Source: an uncultured Flavobacteriales bacterium (GTDB lineage Bacteria > Bacteroidota > Bacteroidia > UBA10329). From it: a stretch of 64,000 nucleotides of DNA. How positions within the stretch are numbered: position 1 is the first letter of the stretch; every line of letters starts with the position of its first letter. The notes under the pieces are model-generated. The model was not told where the DNA came from, did not search any database, and saw only the letters and a list, made by a program, of their open reading frames with translations. The stretch lies in the NCBI GenBank assembly GCA_937900875.1, contig CALCGD010000249.1:9977-73976 (forward strand), in the 5' to 3' direction. Below are positions 59,242 through 64,000 of this stretch, in pieces. The position numbers and the translations under genes were made by a program.

Positions 59242-60252
59242 ATGAATCCAGAAATCGGGGTATTGTTAATGAATGTTGGTACACCTGACTCTCCGGAGGT
59301 TGGTGATGTACGCAAGTATCTTTCGCAGTTCCTCAACGACCCTCGTGTAATTGATATTCCGTGGGTTGCTAGAAAGATTTTGGTTAATGCAATAATTGTC
59401 CCTTTCCGAGCGCCAAAGTCTGCTAAAATATACAAGCAAATGTGGACTGATGAAGGGTCTCCATTATTGATACACAGCGAGAACTTTAAAAACGGATTAC
59501 AAGAAAGTTTAGGAGAAAAGTATCAAGTGGAAATAGCCATGAGGTACCAAAGCCCTTCTGTAGAAGAGGGGTTAGAAAAGATACGCAAGAACAATCCCAA
59601 GAAAATAATTGTGGTGCCTATGTATCCGCAGTATGCTTCTTCATCTACTGGCACGTGCATGGAGGATGTAATGCGCGTTGCCTCAAAATGGTGGGCAATA
59701 CCTGAAATGGTTTTTGTGAATCAGTTTTATGATTTACCGGGTTATATAGATGGATTTGTAAAGAAGGCAAAGGAGTTTGATATAGATTCTTTCGACCACG
59801 TTTTATTCAGTTATCATGGATTGCCTGTTCGGCACTTAGATAAGATTTATGATGAAGGTCTTTGCTCAGATCGTGATTGTGAGAATGAGTTAACTAACGA
59901 GAATCACTTTTGCTACAAGGCAACTTGCTACGCAACTACCAGGAGCATTGCCAAAGGTTTAGGGTTATCTGAAGACAGATATTCTGTTGGCTTTCAATCT
60001 CGTCTTGATGATAAATGGATAAAGCCTTATTCTGATAAAGTAGTTGCCGAAAAGGCCAAGTCAGGAGTCAAGAAAATGCTCGTTTTCTCGCCAGCTTTTG
60101 TTGCTGATTGTCTAGAAACGCTTATTGAAATTGGACACGAATACCAAGAGATATTCGAGGTGAATGGCGGAGAGAAAATTCAGCTTGTCCCGAGTTTGAA
60201 TAGCGACCCTGATTGGGTTGAAGCATTTGCAAATCACATTAGAACAAAATAA
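59242..60252 (+). CDS. hemH: ferrochelatase
   Basis: 336 aa; VLLMNVGTPD N-terminal motif and the conserved His/Glu regions of ferrochelatase. Confidence 0.85.
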   Translation: MNPEIGVLLMNVGTPDSPEVGDVRKYLSQFLNDPRVIDIPWVARKILVNAIIVPFRAPKSAKIYKQMWTDEGSPLLIHSENFKNGLQESLGEKYQVEIAMRYQSPSVEEGLEKIRKNNPKKIIVVPMYPQYASSSTGTCMEDVMRVASKWWAIPEMVFVNQFYDLPGYIDGFVKKAKEFDIDSFDHVLFSYHGLPVRHLDKIYDEGLCSDRDCENELTNENHFCYKATCYATTRSIAKGLGLSEDRYSVGFQSRLDDKWIKPYSDKVVAEKAKSGVKKMLVFSPAFVADCLETLIEIGHEYQEIFEVNGGEKIQLVPSLNSDPDWVEAFANHIRTK

Positions 60253-60281
60253 AAAAGGCGCCTAAAGGGCGCCTTTCTTTT
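60253..60281. terminator. bidirectional rho-independent terminator
   Basis: Stem GGCGCC/GGCGCC with loop TAAAG, flanked by A6 upstream and TTTCTTTT downstream, between the convergent hemH and the T9SS cargo gene. Confidence 0.7.
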
Positions 60282-60299
60282 ATAGAAATTTTCTAAGCT

Positions 60300-62006
60300 T
60301 TATTTCAGCATTACACGTTTGCTGTAGTTACGGATTCCATTAGATAGGTTGATTATGTAGATACCTCTTGCGAGGTCATTTACATCAAGATTTACTTTAT
60401 TCAATCCGTCATATCCTACGCCACCAAAATCAAGAACTCTACGTCCGCTTGCATCATATAGCATGATGGTGTAATCTTCATTTTCTCTAGATGTGAACTC
60501 AACTACAAGCTCGCTATGGTCAACGTCATAAGCGTTAACAAAATTGAATTCGCTGTCATCAGATCCACATGTTACAGCAAGTACATCTGAGTATTCAAAC
60601 TTACCTGCGAAATCAACATTTTTCAATCGGTAGTAAGAAGTTCCTCCATAAGGTAATTCATCTACAACCGTATAAGAGATTGGCTGGTTGCTGTTTCCAG
60701 CACCTTCAATCACATCAACAATTTCCCAATCAGTACCATTATTGCTTCTTTCTACAGTAAAGAAATCGTTGTTTGTTTCTGTCCAAGTAGTCCAGCTCAG
60801 GTCAATTTTTCCGTTAGCGCACTCGCCAACAAATCGAACCAATTCAATTGGTAGAGGATCACTGTTATCAACCAATGTCCACACTGGGTACATGTCTTCA
60901 TAGCTAGTCGCTGGATCCTGACCAATTTGTATTGAAACTGTGTTTGCTGCTGTATTGGTAATAACTGAAGGGACTCCATAAATCCAGTCACCCCATTTGT
61001 CAAGGTCATGATTGTAACGTTGAGCTATTAGGTTGGCTTCCGTAATGTGGTTTATCGGACCGGCAATTTCAGCATCTGCGTACTTAAAAACGTATTCGGA
61101 TCTTGGATTTACTCCATAACCACCATTGTCCTCGCCAATGTTTCCTTCATCAATAATCCAAAATCTATCTGTAACAAACCTGTGAGCGGCTTGTATGTAA
61201 TCATCCGTCAAATGATTAACAGTGGTTGGAAGGTCAGACCAAGCAGCGCCAGGGTAAGGACCTGCAGTAATATTTGGGTATGTTCCTTCATCAAACGTGT
61301 TGTACTCATCTGTTCCGTACGTGGCAAATGTTTTGTACGCGGAAGATGGTGTTCCAGCAGTTGTAATGTTGTAACCAAATGCCAAGTTAGCAGGAGCTGG
61401 GGCATCTGTACCAAAAGGTATAGTGTAGTTACCAGTAAGAGTTCCAATGTCCCACTTAAGTATTCCGTATCCACCACTAGATGGAGCGCTTTCAGAAATA
61501 ATAAATCCCCCAAAGTTGGAAATAGCCCCAGGTCCTAAAGCAGCATTTTCCAAAGTAAGTGTTTGGGAGTTTAGACGAACGCTTTGAAACGACAGAGAAA
61601 GTTGTCCGTAGACATCGGTATCGACCCCATTTAACGTCTTTTTTCCAGAACCTGCTACTCGTAAATTGTAAAAATTTGTTTTTACCGTTCCAGTGATATC
61701 GGCCGCTGCTCCGTCAAGCTCAACCATTCCGCCAGTGGTTGCTATTGGAGTTGCTCCAAAGACACCATTCGCGTCATTATTCTCCCATTCACCTTCAACT
61801 TGGATAATTCCATTATTCGTGACCTGACCTGAAGTTTCATTCTTAAATCCCCCCCCGTCAATGTTCAAATATGTGCCTGTAGTAACATTAATCTTGGCGC
61901 CATTATTTACCATTCCCTGACCAAAAGATGCAGAATATGCTGCAATCGAAATGGCAACAACGAGTGAGGTAATCTTGGAGGATGAGTATATAGATTTCAT
62001 GGTCAT
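60300..62006 (-). CDS. secreted Gly-rich beta-helix-like protein with a T9SS type-A C-terminal domain
   Basis: Start taken at MTMKSIY (signal peptide SLVVAISIAAYSASFGQ); Gly/Thr/Asn-rich repeats; a penultimate module ELVRFVGECANGKIDLSWTT...YYRLKNVDFAGKFEYSDV common in T9SS cargo; C-terminal GIYIINL...KRVMLK. Confidence 0.65.
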   Translation of the reverse strand: MTMKSIYSSSKITSLVVAISIAAYSASFGQGMVNNGAKINVTTGTYLNIDGGGFKNETSGQVTNNGIIQVEGEWENNDANGVFGATPIATTGGMVELDGAAADITGTVKTNFYNLRVAGSGKKTLNGVDTDVYGQLSLSFQSVRLNSQTLTLENAALGPGAISNFGGFIISESAPSSGGYGILKWDIGTLTGNYTIPFGTDAPAPANLAFGYNITTAGTPSSAYKTFATYGTDEYNTFDEGTYPNITAGPYPGAAWSDLPTTVNHLTDDYIQAAHRFVTDRFWIIDEGNIGEDNGGYGVNPRSEYVFKYADAEIAGPINHITEANLIAQRYNHDLDKWGDWIYGVPSVITNTAANTVSIQIGQDPATSYEDMYPVWTLVDNSDPLPIELVRFVGECANGKIDLSWTTWTETNNDFFTVERSNNGTDWEIVDVIEGAGNSNQPISYTVVDELPYGGTSYYRLKNVDFAGKFEYSDVLAVTCGSDDSEFNFVNAYDVDHSELVVEFTSRENEDYTIMLYDASGRRVLDFGGVGYDGLNKVNLDVNDLARGIYIINLSNGIRNYSKRVMLK

Positions 62007-62186
62007 CAAATTATTTGTTTCAACCCAAATAGATTGAACCGAACGTAAAGCTATTATTTTACACCTGAAAGTTTTAGTAAAAAAGCATTGCCATTTAAAT
62101 TTCAACTTTGCAGGAATCTTACATTTCGTGGAATTAATACGATTTTACAACGCCTACGTTGTGTCGTTTATCGATAAATATGCCGC

Positions 62187-63455
62187 ATGAGCTGGATTAA
62201 AAGAAACAAGACTAATGGGCTATTGCAAGCGGAAATTGACTCGTTAATTTCTAGTTCGTCAACTTGTTTGGTTCTGGAAGGTGCTTCTTTAGCACAGTCT
62301 GATTTTATCGGTAGTGAGTTTAAGTTTTCCAGACTTATTGGTATTGGCGTGAAAACCGAAATAGTAGGTGGATTAGGCCACAGTTTATCAGACTTAACTA
62401 GTTGGCTTGTGCAGCAACAAGATTTGGTTTTGGGTTACTTAAGTTATGATGCTAAAAATTTACTCGAGGATTTAGAATCCAACTCTACGGATTCTATTGG
62501 CTTTCCTCACTTTCATTTCTTTGTTCCTGAAACGGTTATTATTGAACGTGGTGATCAGCAATCGGTACTTTCTCATTTGACTGAGATCATCGTTCCTGAG
62601 CCTGCCAAATTTAATCACATTGAGCTTGGCATTCCTGAAAAACTCATTTCTAGACTTGATTATGTGAGGCAGGTTGAATCCTTGAAAAACCACATTCAAC
62701 AAGGGGATATTTATGAGGTAAATTATTGTGTGCAACATGGATTCAAAAACACATTCATAAATCCGTTTCGCTTGTATATGGAGCTCAGGTCTGAATCTCC
62801 AGCGCCATTTTCTGCTTATTTGAAAACCGAGGGAAAACACCTCATTAGTGCCAGTCCAGAGAGATTTATGAGAAAAGTAGGTGCTAAGATTCTTTCTCAA
62901 CCCATGAAAGGGACTAACAGAAGATTAAATGAAAATGCAGAACAAATGCAGGCACTTAAACAGGATGATAAAGAGGTTGCTGAGAACGTAATGATTACCG
63001 ATTTGGTTCGAAATGATTTGTCCAAAACCGCGAAGAAAGGTTCCGTGCGTGTTGAAGAATTATGTGGCGTGTACGAGTTTGAACACGTTAATCAGATGAT
63101 TTCATCCATTACTTCAGAATTAAGAGATGATTGTAATGCTCTGGACGCTTTACTAAGTGCATTTCCAATGGGTTCGATGACGGGTGCGCCAAAAATCAGT
63201 GCTATGAAACTGATAGAGAGCCACGAAGATTTTAAGCGTGGAATGTATTCAGGGTCAGTAGGTTACTTCACTCCCAAATTAGATTTCGATTTTAATGTTG
63301 TCATTCGAAGTGTATTGTACAATGAATCTCAAAAAGTAGTCACCTTTCCAACAGGTAGTGCGATAACCATCAATTCAGACCCGGATAGGGAGTATGACGA
63401 ATGCATGCTTAAAGCTGAAGCCATGCGTAAAGTTCTGTTAAACCATGCAAAATAG
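62187..63455 (+). CDS. pabB: aminodeoxychorismate synthase component I (chorismate-binding enzyme, PabB/TrpE family)
   Basis: 422 aa; chorismate-binding C-terminal motifs (SPERFMRK, GMYSGSVGYF, PxGSxTGAPK). Confidence 0.7.
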   Translation: MSWIKRNKTNGLLQAEIDSLISSSSTCLVLEGASLAQSDFIGSEFKFSRLIGIGVKTEIVGGLGHSLSDLTSWLVQQQDLVLGYLSYDAKNLLEDLESNSTDSIGFPHFHFFVPETVIIERGDQQSVLSHLTEIIVPEPAKFNHIELGIPEKLISRLDYVRQVESLKNHIQQGDIYEVNYCVQHGFKNTFINPFRLYMELRSESPAPFSAYLKTEGKHLISASPERFMRKVGAKILSQPMKGTNRRLNENAEQMQALKQDDKEVAENVMITDLVRNDLSKTAKKGSVRVEELCGVYEFEHVNQMISSITSELRDDCNALDALLSAFPMGSMTGAPKISAMKLIESHEDFKRGMYSGSVGYFTPKLDFDFNVVIRSVLYNESQKVVTFPTGSAITINSDPDREYDECMLKAEAMRKVLLNHAK

Positions 63456-64000
63456 GTTTCTTTCAGTCCTCAGTAAATTTGGATTTTATCCTTCCCAACA
63501 GCCCATTTTGGTGGCCGTAAGCGGTGGTGTTGATTCTATGGTTCTTGCTGCTCTTTTTTATGAAAGTGGAATTGAAATAGGCATCGCGCATTGCAACTAT
63601 CAATTGCGCGAAGAGGCTTCGGGTAAAGATGAAGATTTGGTTCGAAATTGGTGTTCAGAAAGAGGCATTCCATTTCATCTTGCTCGGATAGACACAGAAG
63701 GATTAGCGAAAACCACGAGTCATTCGATACAAATGGTTGCTAGAGATGAACGGTATCGTTTTTTTAAGCAATTGTTGAATTCGCATAACTACTCAGTCAC
63801 GGCATTAGCTCATCACGCTGATGACCGAGTAGAGACTTTGCTCATGAATATTCTGAGAGGTACTGGAATTCGAGGTTTACAAGGCATGCCTTCAAAACGG
63901 AAGGGAATCATCCGCCCTTTGATTGGATTTACTAAAAAAGAAATTCGGGATTACGGTAGGGAAAGACAAATTCCTCATCGAGAAGACGCTTCAAACGCTC
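63445..64000 (+). CDS. tilS: tRNA(Ile)-lysidine synthetase, N-terminal part (continues past the window end)
   Basis: ATG at 63445 overlaps the pabB 3' end; PP-loop ILVAVSGGVDSMVL, then HCNYQLRGEASGKDEDLVRNWC and DDRVETLLMNILRG typical of TilS. Confidence 0.8.
   Translation, partial: MQNRFLSVLSKFGFYPSQQPILVAVSGGVDSMVLAALFYESGIEIGIAHCNYQLREEASGKDEDLVRNWCSERGIPFHLARIDTEGLAKTTSHSIQMVARDERYRFFKQLLNSHNYSVTALAHHADDRVETLLMNILRGTGIRGLQGMPSKRKGIIRPLIGFTKKEIRDYGRERQIPHREDASNA

Noticed and set aside
1-64000. Search for CRISPR arrays, IS elements, integrases, prophage or toxin-antitoxin/defence cassettes
   Set aside because: No spaced direct-repeat arrays, no transposase or integrase-like ORFs and no terminal inverted repeats were found. 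Gene content is chromosomal housekeeping plus envelope and T9SS functions.

Overview
The window is a chromosomal segment of about 42% GC from a gliding Bacteroidota bacterium, probably of the Flavobacteriia or Cytophagia type. That assignment is an inference from the content: a complete dcw cell-wall/division cluster, the gliding genes gldB-gldC and gldE-gldD in their classic neighbourhoods (nadE, and ssb/mutY), several type IX secretion (T9SS) cargo proteins and a PorV-family barrel, TAnnTTTG promoter boxes, and no Shine-Dalgarno reliance.

The first 12.2 kb is the minus-strand dcw operon: mraZ, rsmH, ftsL, ftsI, murE, mraY, murD, ftsW, murG, murC and a partial ftsQ. An extra diverged partial copy of the murD 3' end sits between murD and ftsW. 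Upstream of mraZ is an MraZ-operator-like GTGG repeat array.

The remainder is mostly housekeeping: engB, nadE, korAB, NifU/Mrp, trmB, rng, hup, mutY, ssb, ctaA, recQ, tatC, lptB, purS, lpdA, hemH, pabB and tilS. Interspersed are several accessory-looking modules:
- A four-gene candidate periplasmic glycosylation/sulfation locus at 37.6-42.4 kb: a GtrB/ArnC-like GT2, a sulfotransferase, a TMTC-like GT-C fused to TPR repeats, and a flippase-like membrane protein.
- A second ArnT-like GT-C at 46.6-48.2 kb.
- A PorV-family beta-barrel translationally coupled to a 1680-aa gingipain-like C25 peptidase with a T9SS type-A C-terminal domain, at 51.6-57.7 kb.
- A DUF5686 outer-membrane protein coupled to lptB.
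- An unannotated 30-aa bS22-like ribosomal protein gene.
- An alkyltransferase-like (ATL) MGMT-family protein.

No tRNA or rRNA genes, CRISPR arrays or mobile elements were recognisable.
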